Assembly (NCBI GenBank): GCA_963782115.1
Contig: CAWAIK010000004.1
Location: forward strand, 64,001-128,000
From: an uncultured Verrucomicrobiae bacterium
Lineage (GTDB): Bacteria; Verrucomicrobiota; Verrucomicrobiia; Chthoniobacterales; JAFAMB01
DNA: 64,000 bases
Direction of reading: 5' to 3'
In this document: positions 1 to 10,299 of the stretch, piece after piece
Layout of the letters: every line of letters starts with the position of its first letter
Numbering within the stretch: the first letter of the stretch is position 1
Notes under the pieces: generated by a model
The model's input: only the letters and a program-made list of their open reading frames with translations
What the model was told of the DNA's origin: nothing
The model's database searches: none
Translations under genes and position numbers: made by a program

Positions 1-101
1 GTCGCGACAAGATCGCGATGGACACTGTGGAGTTCGAGAAAGTCACCACGCCTGAACCCGACCAGCAAACCATTCTCGACTATCTCAAAGTGCGTTTGTA
101 G
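1..101 (+). mobile_element. 3' end of an IS1634-like transposase (window edge)
   Basis: Frame from base 3 reads RDKIAMDTVEFEKVTTPEPDQQTILDYLKVRL* (TAG 99-101), resembling the 'TTP..Q..IL..L.V.L' tail of IS1634-family transposases. The element end probably lies near 180. Confidence 0.55.
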
Positions 102-138
102 CCATAATTCCGAAATCTGAAAATTGTTTAAAGTCTTC

Positions 139-567
139 TTAAACAGTCAGTTGCATGGCAAACAAAAAAGAAAATGCGGTTAAATTGCTGAAGACGACGG
201 GCAGGCCGCCCCAATAGTTTCCATTTGGGTCGTTCTCATGCCATTCGCGACTCTCGAGTTCGCTTAAACCCCTAAGTTCGACAATCCCATCGTCGAGTGC
301 CTTCTGGAGGCTCATTCGTGTGCCGCCATTGTCAACATTGGCGTTTTCTACCCCCAACAAGAGGTTTCGATACCGACTCTGGTCATAAGGCGCAGGTAAA
401 TTCTTGTCGAGGCAGATAGCCTTCGGCGTTTTTTCCGAGCCGGTGCTGCCCTTTGGCGAAAGAACAATATCTTGGGGGCCTTCCAAGGCCGCTCGTTGAA
501 CCTGAGCGAGTGAGCGCAGCTCAAACGTCATTATCGAGCATATCAGCAGAACCCAATATCTCAGCAT
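139..567 (-). CDS. Secreted hypothetical protein, probably 3'-truncated by the adjacent IS end
   Basis: N-terminal signal peptide (MLRYWVLLICSIMTFELRSLA-Q). Divergent from the XRE gene. The last residues run into the IS end. Confidence 0.55.
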   Translation of the reverse strand: MLRYWVLLICSIMTFELRSLAQVQRAALEGPQDIVLSPKGSTGSEKTPKAICLDKNLPAPYDQSRYRNLLLGVENANVDNGGTRMSLQKALDDGIVELRGLSELESREWHENDPNGNYWGGLPVVFSNLTAFSFLFAMQLTV

Positions 568-664
568 AATATGCTAATATTCAGATGTAATATTATCCGT
601 CAATAAAATTTAAATGCTTATTTTCGATTTGAAATCGGCTTACGATATGATAGCATAATGCTAT
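563..664. promoter_or_regulatory. AT-rich divergent promoter region with three palindromes (candidate operators)
   Basis: AGCATA-A-TATGCT (563-575), CGATTT-G-AAATCG (625-637), ATAGCAT-A-ATGCTAT (650-664). Confidence 0.6.
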
Positions 665-1769
665 GGACAGAGTTGGACCGCCGGAGCCTTCTGAAATTCG
701 TACCCTGCGCCGCAGGCTAAAAGAAACCCAAGAGCAATTCTCCGAGCGGTTCAGCGTTAATAGTCAGTCATCAGTAGCAAATTGGGAAAGGGGTAGAACC
801 AGACCCGGATCGGAAGACGCCATCAAACTTTGGGAGCTTTTGCGCAATATGCTGCCGAGTAATGATAATGCTGATAAGCCGGTAGGCAGCGTGAGTTTAC
901 CAGAAAGTGGAGAAACCGCTCTGGATGATCCAGGGGAAAACTTGTTCATCGAAGCAGTTCGCAAGATCCAGGAGATGTTCTCAAGGCTTGATAGACAAAC
1001 GACCCTGCAGCTACGCGGAGACGAAATGATGTTTAAAGATCTGGGAATAAACCAGATCAAACCGCTAACGGGTGAGCCGGTCTTGACCGCCGAGGATTTC
1101 ATATTCCATCAACTACGGGATGCGCTTCGGAGCTCAAGCCGAGAAGTCTGGGAGAGTGCCTTCCGACTTGGACAACGTTCCGAAGAACTCTTTAAAAATT
1201 ATCCTTCGCCTGATAGGGCCGCTTTCGTTCTCAATTTGTCGGTTTTGGCAATAAAGTGCGGTCACCCGACTTTCGCGTGGGAGAGGCTGCGCATGGTTAA
1301 TGAGGAGTTGGACAAGAATTCAATCGACGATCAGAAAGTCGGCGGCGTTAAACCTGACCAACCTGTCCCAAAACTGCGAGCCTTAGTAAAACAGAACCTC
1401 TCGATGGTTCACAGCCGTCTCAAGCGCTTTAAACGAGCACACCGTTATGGCGAGGAAGCGGCCCAGCTTTGGGGTGAGCCGGACATCTGGATTCTGCTGA
1501 CTCGGCTATGCAATTACTCGTTACACGGAGAAGTCGCTACCGTGTCTGATGAGCAACCGAGTTTAGCGTTTGAGGTTGCGCCATTTGATGATGACACTCG
1601 TAGAAACATGAAAGGCCTCCTAGATGAACTTCTTAGGGAGAATTCCGAACGAATTTTTACGGCAAATTCGTCGGTGCGTAACCTATTAAAGTCCGATCCA
1701 GATCTCAGTTTCGCACGGAAATTGGTTGCGACAGATTCAGAATTTTCTTCATTCCGAGAACTTTTTTAA
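663..1769 (+). CDS. XRE-family HTH regulator with C-terminal TPR-like helical domain (RRNPP-like architecture)
   Basis: HTH_XRE motif EIRTLRRRLKETQEQFSERF...SSVANWERG. TPR-like helices (FVLNLSVLAIKCGHPTFAWE; VKQNLSMVHSRLKRFKRAHRYGEEA). TPR-capping-like DPDLSFAR...FRELF tail. Confidence 0.8.
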   Translation: MDRVGPPEPSEIRTLRRRLKETQEQFSERFSVNSQSSVANWERGRTRPGSEDAIKLWELLRNMLPSNDNADKPVGSVSLPESGETALDDPGENLFIEAVRKIQEMFSRLDRQTTLQLRGDEMMFKDLGINQIKPLTGEPVLTAEDFIFHQLRDALRSSSREVWESAFRLGQRSEELFKNYPSPDRAAFVLNLSVLAIKCGHPTFAWERLRMVNEELDKNSIDDQKVGGVKPDQPVPKLRALVKQNLSMVHSRLKRFKRAHRYGEEAAQLWGEPDIWILLTRLCNYSLHGEVATVSDEQPSLAFEVAPFDDDTRRNMKGLLDELLRENSERIFTANSSVRNLLKSDPDLSFARKLVATDSEFSSFRELF

Positions 1770-1805
1770 CTCGAATTTCACAATTTATTATATATGTGTC
1801 ATACT

Positions 1806-1883
1806 ATGCGTAATCTTATTGTCATAATTTTCTGGCTTTTATCTGCAGGTATTGCGGCCGCTCATGTGATGAGCGGCGTTTGA
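1806..1883 (+). CDS. 25-aa secreted pro-peptide MRNLIVIIFWLLSAGIAAA-HVMSGV (candidate signalling peptide); alternative in-frame ATG at 1794
   Basis: Translated by hand: ATG 1806, TGA 1881-1883. Basic n-region, hydrophobic h-region, AxA cleavage site, 6-residue tail. Same strand and 36 nt after the XRE-TPR stop. Confidence 0.65.
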   Translation: MRNLIVIIFWLLSAGIAAAHVMSGV

Positions 1884-2104
1884 CTGGAGATACTGACCGC
1901 TCGCGAAGGCAAGATGGCCCAGTTTAATCCCTGCGATGAGCCGCTAGCCTTTTCGGCGTCCCTCCGGGGTTATGTCGGATCCAAGCCCGTGAAAACTCGC
2001 TCCAACCGTGTCGTCATCGTCACTGTGCCATTCAGACCGCAGCTTCACGATAGCGTCATAGAGCGCCACGCATATGCGGCGGCTCATGCAGACGATTCAT
2101 CGTT

Positions 2105-2413
2105 TTGCCTTCGAGCGCGGCGATCTGCGCCTCGAGCGCGCGGCCTCAGGCGTTGACCGCAGGTGTGGATCAAGCCGTTCGGGAGAAGCTGGACGCGCTG
2201 ATCAAGGTCGCCGACGGCGAGAATCGCCCCGCGCTTGCTTGGCTGCGGGAATGGCCAGAGGCGCCCCTTCAGAAGAACCTCGCCGGGATTGTCGAACGGC
2301 CTACAAAGCGATTCTCGCTTCGATTCGAGACAGCAGGCAGACAAGATGCTGAACTCGGCATCTCACGCGAGGCGTCGCTGGACGTAGATCGTGGAGTGCC
2401 ACGCAGCGCGTAG
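2105..2413 (+). pseudogene. Tn3-family transposase internal fragment
   Basis: REKLDALIKV...LAWLREWPEAP...NLAGIVER resembles the N-terminal half of Tn3-family TnpA. Frameshifted and truncated. Confidence 0.6.
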
Positions 2414-2488
2414 TTCTATCAGGCACCTCAAAAAGTAAGCTTGGATGGTTGTGATTATTTTCACAAATTGCCGGCGGTACGTCCTAAC

Positions 2489-4358
2489 TAACTAGGCAAG
2501 GGCTTCCCTCCATTTATTCCGTTTGCTCTCTTGAACGAAGCTCCACCTTCTGCTCGGGGTGGCTGTAAACTTTTTCTCAAAGAAAAAAGTTCTTTTCTCT
2601 TTCGGCAACAGCCGCTGCAGGCTTGCTACAACAGGCTGTCGCAGAGGCGTTCACCGGCTCTAAGTTCCCGGTATCTAACAACACAGGATCAAGCGCGATG
2701 AACACCTTCTACGAACATCACAAGGATAACATAAAATTCGGCTACCGCTGTTTTGATCGGATTCTTTTAAACGGATTGATCCAGCCTTTTCAGCAACCCG
2801 AGCGAGTGATCGGTTTTTTTAATGCTTATCGCCAGGGCCAGCGGGTTACCCGAAATCTCTTGCGCGATATTGCTCAGCAATTTCAGAACTGGGTCAATAA
2901 TCGTTGCCAAAAATGGGGCACGCCGATTCTGGATGCGCCGGAAGGAAGGCGTGACGACTTTGTCGATCCCTACTTTAAGCACGGCAAGAAAGATCAGGTA
3001 GTGGTGATTCTCAAAGCCAGGGAACCGGCCCGGATCATGGTTGCCGTCGGGGCAGAAGACCGCTGGCACCTGCAGTTGGTTCAACGTTGGATCGCGCAAT
3101 ATAACTTTTACATTAACGATCAGCGTTGGGGTCGGATGTTCGTCCGCATCTGTCCCTATCTGCCCTTTTCCGCACGCGTTTGCCTCAATCAACACCATTG
3201 GCTGGCTAACCGCATGCGCACCGAAGGCGTCGATTTTAAGCAATGTTCCAATGCATTCCTGAAATGCAGTCATCCGCAGAAGCTCCAGGAACTGGCAGAT
3301 TCCTTGACCCCCAACGATCTGCTGAGCTGTGGGCAAAAATGGTTGGCCTGTCTGACTCCATTCTTCAAAGAAAGCGAACGCAGAAGTTGCGGCTGTCAGC
3401 ATCGGCTCTTTTTCTCCCAAGTGGAATATTGTGACAACCTGATCTTTCACCGGCGGGCCGCACTGGATCAACTCGGCCAGAGACTGCTGGATACTAACCG
3501 TACGATCGGCCAGCCCAACAAAATCACCGTGATCTTCGGTCGCAAGGTCACTAAACAATACAAGGGGAAGCTTCAGACCGTCATCGAGGATCTTGATCTT
3601 CCTAACCCAGTGATTCGTAGCCACTATGGAAACGGCTTTATCAAACAGTACGTACGCGATCACCTGCTGTTGCGGACCGAACCGGCCACCAACAATGTCA
3701 ACGATTATGGACTCAAAAAGGCGGTGGAGAATTTGCCCAAACTGCGCGAGCGACTGGAGTCAATCACCGACAACTACCTTAACGTTCAGCAAGACATTTT
3801 AGAAACCTTCCTCGACCGCGGCCAACTCAAAGCTCTGGCTCAGCCCACCATCTTACCGGGTGGCAAACGCATCCCAGGACTCAAGCTCGATCATCCTCGT
3901 CAGTTGGCCTTGATGCACGCGCTGGTGCGCTTCGCTCATGTGGCAGCCGGCAACAGCTTCCGCACTTGCGAACTTCACGCTCTCACCGCCGAGGCTCTGG
4001 GATGCTCACTGTCCGAATACCGCCTTTCTTCATTGCGCTACGACCTATCCAAGCTGAGGGCTAAAAGTTTGGTTGAGAAAATCCCTGGCTCGCGCCGCTA
4101 TCGACTGCTCCCCCAAGGCTACTCCATCTGCGTGGTCTTCCTGAAACTCTTTGAGCGCATCTACGCTCCTCTGACTGCCGGTCTGCTTCGACCCTTTAGC
4201 CCTGACCTAAACCTCCAAGAAACCCGCCGTTCACAGCTCGACCGCCTTTATGCCCGCGTCGTCTCCAGCCTCGAGGAACTCTTGGTCGCAGTCGGTCTCA
4301 AAGCCGCTTGATCAACTATGAAACGAGAACAAAATCCCCGTCACGTTCCGCATAACTA
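2489..4358 (+). mobile_element. IS-like element 1 carrying a single ~537-aa gene
   Basis: One ORF bounded by TAACTA at 2489-2494 and 4353-4358. No terminal inverted repeats seen. Boundaries are inferred. Confidence 0.5.
2698..4311 (+). CDS. Putative transposase/replication-initiator-like protein with C-terminal winged helix (family often annotated 'MarR-like')
   Basis: CFDRILLNG, YNFYIND..WG, LNQHHWL, IKQY...LRTE motifs and YDLSKLRAKSLVEKIPGSRRYRL wHTH. Homologous to 10853..12472. Confidence 0.7.
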   Translation: MNTFYEHHKDNIKFGYRCFDRILLNGLIQPFQQPERVIGFFNAYRQGQRVTRNLLRDIAQQFQNWVNNRCQKWGTPILDAPEGRRDDFVDPYFKHGKKDQVVVILKAREPARIMVAVGAEDRWHLQLVQRWIAQYNFYINDQRWGRMFVRICPYLPFSARVCLNQHHWLANRMRTEGVDFKQCSNAFLKCSHPQKLQELADSLTPNDLLSCGQKWLACLTPFFKESERRSCGCQHRLFFSQVEYCDNLIFHRRAALDQLGQRLLDTNRTIGQPNKITVIFGRKVTKQYKGKLQTVIEDLDLPNPVIRSHYGNGFIKQYVRDHLLLRTEPATNNVNDYGLKKAVENLPKLRERLESITDNYLNVQQDILETFLDRGQLKALAQPTILPGGKRIPGLKLDHPRQLALMHALVRFAHVAAGNSFRTCELHALTAEALGCSLSEYRLSSLRYDLSKLRAKSLVEKIPGSRRYRLLPQGYSICVVFLKLFERIYAPLTAGLLRPFSPDLNLQETRRSQLDRLYARVVSSLEELLVAVGLKAA

Positions 4359-4565
4359 AAGGACGAGAGGACGAGAAATCGGAAGCGTGGATTTGCGTTC
4401 ATCGTGCCTCAAATAATTTGGAAGGCTGCACCAAGAAGATCCCCGACTCGAATCGGCCAGCAATATTTTTGGCGCTCAGGGAAATGAGTGTCATAGCATT
4501 TAATATCGTGAGTTCAGCAGTTCACCTGTGATTTTTGTCGAAGGACAGACCCTGATGATGAATCA

Positions 4566-7500
4566 ATGAGAGTGCGACAGGGAACGGCTATTTTATCCGC
4601 TACCGACTTGGCAAATCACTTTTCATGTCGTCATCTCACCACCTTGGATCTCCGCCTCGCAAAAGGAGCGATTACAGAGCCCTCGTGGGAGAACCCACAT
4701 CTCCACGTGCTCCAGCAGCGCGGATTGGAACACGAAAAAGCTTACGTCGATAGCCTGCGCTCCAAAGGTTTCTCTATCGTCGATCTTTCGAAAGTGGTGG
4801 AGGAGGCAGCGGATGAAGCAACGGTCGCAGCCATGAAGAGCGGAGTTCACGCCATTGTTCAGGCCAGCCTGGGAAGCGGCGATTGGAGAGGCCGCGCTGA
4901 CGTACTGATTCGAGTGGAACGGCTCGAAAAGCCGAGCGGCTTGGGCAACTGGTCCTACGAACTCGTGGATTGCAAACTGGCGCGTGAAACTAAAGCTGAA
5001 ACCATTCTTCAACTATGCCTCTATTCCGAGCTCGTCGCGCGGAGCTGCAGGGCCTGGAGCCGGAATTTTTCCACGTCGTCCGACCGAACGTTGGCTTCCA
5101 GCCCGAATCCTACCGGCTGGCTGCCTTCGCCGCCTATTACCGCGTCGTCAAGAGAGCTCTACAGGAGGCCGTGAAAGCCGGTTCCAGTGGAACATATCCC
5201 GAACCCGTCAGTCATTGCGAAATTTGCCGATGGTGGAAGGAGTGCGACGGGCGCCGGCGCCGCGATGATCATCTTTCGTTTGTAGCCGGAGCCTCCAAAC
5301 TGCAACGCAAGGAGCTCATACTGCAAGGCGTTCCCGATCTCGAATCCCTGGCAAAGCTCGCACTTCCAATTCCTTTTAATCCGTCACGTGGCGCACGTGA
5401 AAGCTATACGCGGATTCGAGAGCAAGCCCGAATTCAGCTGGAGGCCCGTACCGAAGGCCAGTTGAAATTTGAGTCGCTCCGCCGCGAACCAGGTGAAGGA
5501 CTCTTTCGGCTCCCCTCACCCTCGATCGGCGACATCTTTCTCGATTTCGAAGGCGATCCGTTCGTTGGAGAGAGCGGACGTGAATACCTCTTCGGTGTGG
5601 TGACTACTAACGGCGTGAATCTCGTCTATCAGAGCCGCTGGGCTCTGGACAGGGGACAGGAGCGGGCCGCTTTCGAGTGGTTCGTCGATTTGACGTTCGA
5701 GCGCATGACTCGCTTCCCCGACCTGCATATTTATCACTTCGGAACCTACGAACCTGCCGCAATCAAACGACTGACGCTCCGCTATGCCACACGGGAGGAA
5801 GAGGTTGATCGGCTCTTGCGCGGGGAAGTATTCATCGATCTCCATAGCATCACCAAGCAGAGTGTTCGGGCAAGCGTAGAACAGTATTCGCTCAAAGAGA
5901 TGGAGAGATTCTGCGATTACCGACGTAGTGTGCCGCTTCCAGAGGCGAACCAGGCGCGGCATTTCATTGAGCACCAACTAGAACTGAGCCCGTCACCGAC
6001 ACTCACCGACGAAGCGTGCAGAGTCGTTGAAGGCTATAACGAAGATGATTGTCGAGCGACTGAACGACTTCGACACTGGCTCGAAAGCCTGCGCGCCGAG
6101 TTAATAGCAAGCGGAACAGAGGTTCCTCGACCGGAAGCGAAGGATACATCTCCGAGCGAAGAGGTCACGGCTCATCAGCAACGCGTGGCTGCGTTGTTTG
6201 ACGCACTGACTAAAGATCTACCAGAAGAGCCAACTGACCGCAGTCCCGAGCAGGCAGCCCGCTGGCTCCTCGCGCACGCTTTGGATTGGCATCGCCGCGA
6301 GGAAAATGTCAAATGGTGGGAATTCTTTCGACTGAAGGGCCTGTCAGAAGAGGATCTCTACGATGAGAAGACTGCAGTTGCGGGGTTATCTCTTCGACAG
6401 CGGATGCCGAAAATGAGCACGAAGGAAAGGGCTCCAATCGATCAGTACCACTATCCTGCCCAAGAGTGTTCGATCAAACTGCGTGACACACTTTACACAT
6501 TGGATGGGCAAAAATTCGGTGACATCGTGGCCGTCGACCCGGTGGCGCGAACTGTCGATGTGAAGAAGCCAATCAAGCTTGATGACTTTCACCCGTCCTC
6601 TGTATTTGCTCATTCACGTTTCCCGACCGACGAGCAATCTAATTCAATTCTTCGGCTCGCGGACTGGATCGTGGCGATCGATAGCCCTGGTGATTATCGT
6701 GCAGCACGAGATCTCCTGCTCAGGAAACCTCCGCGTCTCACCGCAGGGCACTCACTGACTATAGGCCGAGACGAGGCCGTGGTCCAAGCGTCTTGTCGCG
6801 TGGGCCTCGCGTTGGATCGTTCCGTGCTTCCCATCCAAGGCCCTCCTGGCGCGGGGAAGACGTTCACCGGCGCTCGCATGATTTGCCAGCTGGTAAATCA
6901 AGGGGAAAAGGTGGGAGTCACGGCAGTCAGTCACAAGGTCATTCGCAACCTCCTTGATAAGGTCCTGGACGCCGCCCGCGAAATGAATGTTGCCGGGGTA
7001 AATTGTGCGCACCAGAAGAAGGGTGCTGATCCCGACAGCAGACCGGTACGCGAGATTGGTACGCCTGCCGAAGCGCTGCAAAGCCTGCAGGGGGGTGCTG
7101 TGAATGTCCTTGGCGGTACTCCGTGGCTTTGGTCTGGAGAGGAGTCCCGCGATTCCGTGGACGCTCTGTTCGTCGATGAGGCGGGCCAGATGTCGCTGGC
7201 CAACGTTCTAGCTTGTGCACCGGCTGGAAAGAGCCTAGTTCTGCTGGGTGACCCCCAGCAGTTAGAGCAACCGCAACAGGGCAGCCATCCGGAGGGTTCG
7301 GACATTTCAGCCCTGGCTCATCTACTTGATGGCAGGAGGACGATCAGTGAAGGACAAGGCCTCTTTCTTGCCGAAACCTGGCGTCTTCACCACGCGATCT
7401 GCAGCTTCACATCAGAGCTGTTTTACGAAGGGCGGCTCGTTTCACTTAATGGTCTTGAGCGACAGAATATTCAAGTACCTGCACCGTTCTCTGGAGCAGG

Positions 7501-8043
7501 TCTATGGTTTGTGCCTGTCGTCCATGAAGGCAACCAGAGCTATTCAGCAGAAGAAGTCGACCGGGTCGCCGCGATCACTGAGATCCTCACACAGGCTGGA
7601 TCTAGCTGGACTGACCTGGGAGGCAACCAACGACCCTTGACCATCGACGACATCCTGATCGTCGCGCCGTACTCGTCGCGCCGTACAACAATCAGGTCAA
7701 TCGGCTCACAGATCGGTTGCCGGACGCGAAGGTGGGAACTGTCGACAAGTTTCAAGGGCAGGAAGCAGCAGTCGTTATCTACTCAATGACGACTTCGACA
7801 CCCGAAGATGCCCCAAGGGGCATGGAGTTTCTCTACAATCTCAATCGCTTCAATGTCGCCACTTCACGCGCTCGCTGCGCGTGTATTGTGGTCGGTAGCC
7901 CACGACTTTTCTCGCCGGAATGCCGCACGCCGCATCAGATGGAGCTTGCAAACGTGTTGTGCCGTTACGCTGAGATGAGCGACACCATTGCGTTCGATGC
8001 CCAAATCCCAGGTGCTACCCAAGCCTGTTGGGAAAAGGCCTAG
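4566..8043 (+). pseudogene. TM0106-family RecB-like nuclease / SF1 (DNA2/UPF1-like) helicase, two frameshifts
   Basis: LSATDL, GRADVL, YELVDCKLA nuclease motifs; RNase H-like DFEGDP; Walker A GPPGAGKT; DEAGQ; GDPQQL; TVDKFQGQE; NVATSRA. Frameshifts at ~5040 and ~7673. Confidence 0.9.
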
Positions 8044-8063
8044 CTAGTGCTTCTGCCTCGGAT

Positions 8064-9521
8064 CTACGCCGCCGAAGCAGCGCGGTGCTTCGCCAGCACA
8101 TCTTTAATATCTCCCGGATTGAACGACACATCCCACGACCACTGGCCGAACCCGCCGTGCGCGTTCACAGCGCTTACCCATTCAGCCAGGAACCGCCGCT
8201 TTGTCTCGTCCTGCTCAGTGTCCTTCCCCTTCGTCTCCAGTACGAGGTAGTTCCCAGACTTGAACCGAATCAGAAAATCCGGTCGATATTTGCGCACAAC
8301 GCCTCGATAAACATAAAGGATCTCAAAGCTGAGGTGATCGTTTTTCACCCATGCCGCGACTTCCGGGTTATGGTCGAGCTCGAAGGCCTCGGTCGCCTCC
8401 CATGTGCTGTCATAGACGCAGAAATTGATGTGCGAGCGGTTCGTGCGTTCACAGGGCTTCCCTGTATACCACGTGCCCATGTCGCTGGTTGAGCGAATCG
8501 GGCGATCCCGGTCAAATACAAGCTCTAGATTCTCTGTGTTCTCGAAGCGGATCGCCTCCCAGATGTGCTGCACCACTTTCGTCATGTTGAGCGTGATGAT
8601 CAGGCGGCGCTTGAGATCGTCCTTACTGAAAAGAGCCGGGAGAACGGTGATCTTGTCCGAGCGGATGAACTGCTCGACCAGGTGAACAAGGTGCGCAAGC
8701 AACGCCTCCTTCCCGCCTTTCCAGTCCTTCTGCATCTGCTCGTAAACGTCCCGGGCGGCTTCGAAGATGATCTTCTGGGTGCGGAACTCCCGCGCGAGGC
8801 GCTGAAGATCGATCTGGGTGACCTTCGTCACGTCCGGCTTGCCCTCCAGGATGGGCGCGAGCTCTGCAAGCTTAGCCGTCTGGTCGGCGTTCAGTTCCAG
8901 CGGCTTCACCTTGGCCCAATTGAGCAATAGCTGGGGCCTGTAGATGTGATCGATGCGGATGACGTTCGGCCACGGAATTTCGAAAGAGGCCTTTGAAGCA
9001 TCCGGCTCTATCCCTGTCTTCGGCTTTGGTGGAGCGGGGATCGTGCCCTCCTCCGATTCATGGGGTAAGAACGTGAAGGGCACGCCGAAGATGTTGACGT
9101 ACTCCGGGTCGAACAGCCCCGTTTGAGGATGGAGCTCGTAAGCCGTGCGGCGAAGGCCACGGCCTACCACCTGCTCACAGAGGAGTTGGCTCGTAAAGGC
9201 GCGCAACCCCATGATGTGCGTCACGGTCTTAGCGTCCCATCCTTCAGAAAGCATACCGACCGACACCACGCTTTGTATCTGCTCGCCGGGCTTGCCTGCC
9301 TGACCGACGGTATCGACCTGTCGCCGCAGAAACTCAGCTTGCTGCTTCTTCGTCAGCTTGCGCTTCGGCACATCGACATCTGTCTCTTCCTCTTCTTCTC
9401 CTTCTCCTTCCGTTTCCACCTCCGAAATCGGCTCCTCGGCCGCCTCGGCCTCATCCAACACTTTCGAATCGATGTGGAGCGTTCGGTTGGGGTCCGCCAG
9501 TTCGTCGATACGGACCCTCAT
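8064..9521 (-). pseudogene. Type III restriction enzyme Res subunit, C-terminal half only
   Basis: VVSVGMLSEGWD, LLCEQVVGRGLRR helicase motifs; YRPDFLI...LETKG PD-(D/E)xK nuclease. N-terminal half and mod gene absent. Confidence 0.85.
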
Positions 9522-9614
9522 TGGAAAGCGCTCCGGGATGCCGGCGAGCTGACCTGCGCCTACTCCACCTTCATGAAGCGACTCAACAAGATTTGTCGCC
9601 GGCGAAGATTTTAG
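9520..9614 (+). pseudogene. traK: TraK-like fragment
   Basis: WKALRDAGELTCAYSTFMKRLNK resembles IncP TraK. Lies just upstream of a traM-like gene. Confidence 0.45.
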
Positions 9615-9727
9615 TTACCTGTTTGAGAGCGAACCCGGGCAACGTTTTCTGCAACTGGCCAAGCCGGCGATTATTGAGATGGAAAGACGGCTCCCCGATA
9701 TTGTAAGCAGGAAGGCAGCGCCACAAA

Positions 9728-10213
9728 ATGAGCATTGCAGACCGCTTAGCACAGAAGGATTTATCCCTTTCAACCCCTCCCAAAGAGCCGGCGTCAAACG
9801 GCGCGGATCACGCGCAATTGGTTAAGGACATCGAGGACGCCAACTTCGCCCAGCATCAGCGCTTCATGGCGGACTTCAAAACCGAGATTAGTCGTTGGGA
9901 AGCCCAACTCACCCAACAGCTCAAAGAGTGGGAAACTGGCTTCGATCGCAATCAAACCGCTTGGAGTCAAGAGGCCAAAAACCTCGCAGAGAAAAGCTTG
10001 AACGCCGCCTTGCGGGCAGCTCGGGAAAATGCGGCTCGATTGTTGGAAGACTCCTCCAGGGAAAACGCCGCGCTGATCCGCAAAGCCTTCGATGATGGTT
10101 TTGGCCGTATGCGTGAAACGCTGGCCGTTGCACAGGTAATTGTCTGGCTCGCTCTGTCGGCAGCACTCGTAGCCCTTGGCATCACGGCTTGCTACATCTT
10201 GCGCCTCCACTAA
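9728..10213 (+). CDS. traM: IncP-type conjugal transfer protein TraM-like
   Basis: WSQEAKNLAEKSLNAALRAA...AALIRKAFDDG coiled coil plus C-terminal TM helix, as in RP4 TraM. Confidence 0.65.
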   Translation: MSIADRLAQKDLSLSTPPKEPASNGADHAQLVKDIEDANFAQHQRFMADFKTEISRWEAQLTQQLKEWETGFDRNQTAWSQEAKNLAEKSLNAALRAARENAARLLEDSSRENAALIRKAFDDGFGRMRETLAVAQVIVWLALSAALVALGITACYILRLH

Positions 10214-10299
10214 ACGCCAGAAAAAGAAAAAGAGGAGCGCAGAACCAGCAAGCGCGCCGGACGACCCTGGCGCGGTTTCCGCTCCAGGCGACCACCGGG

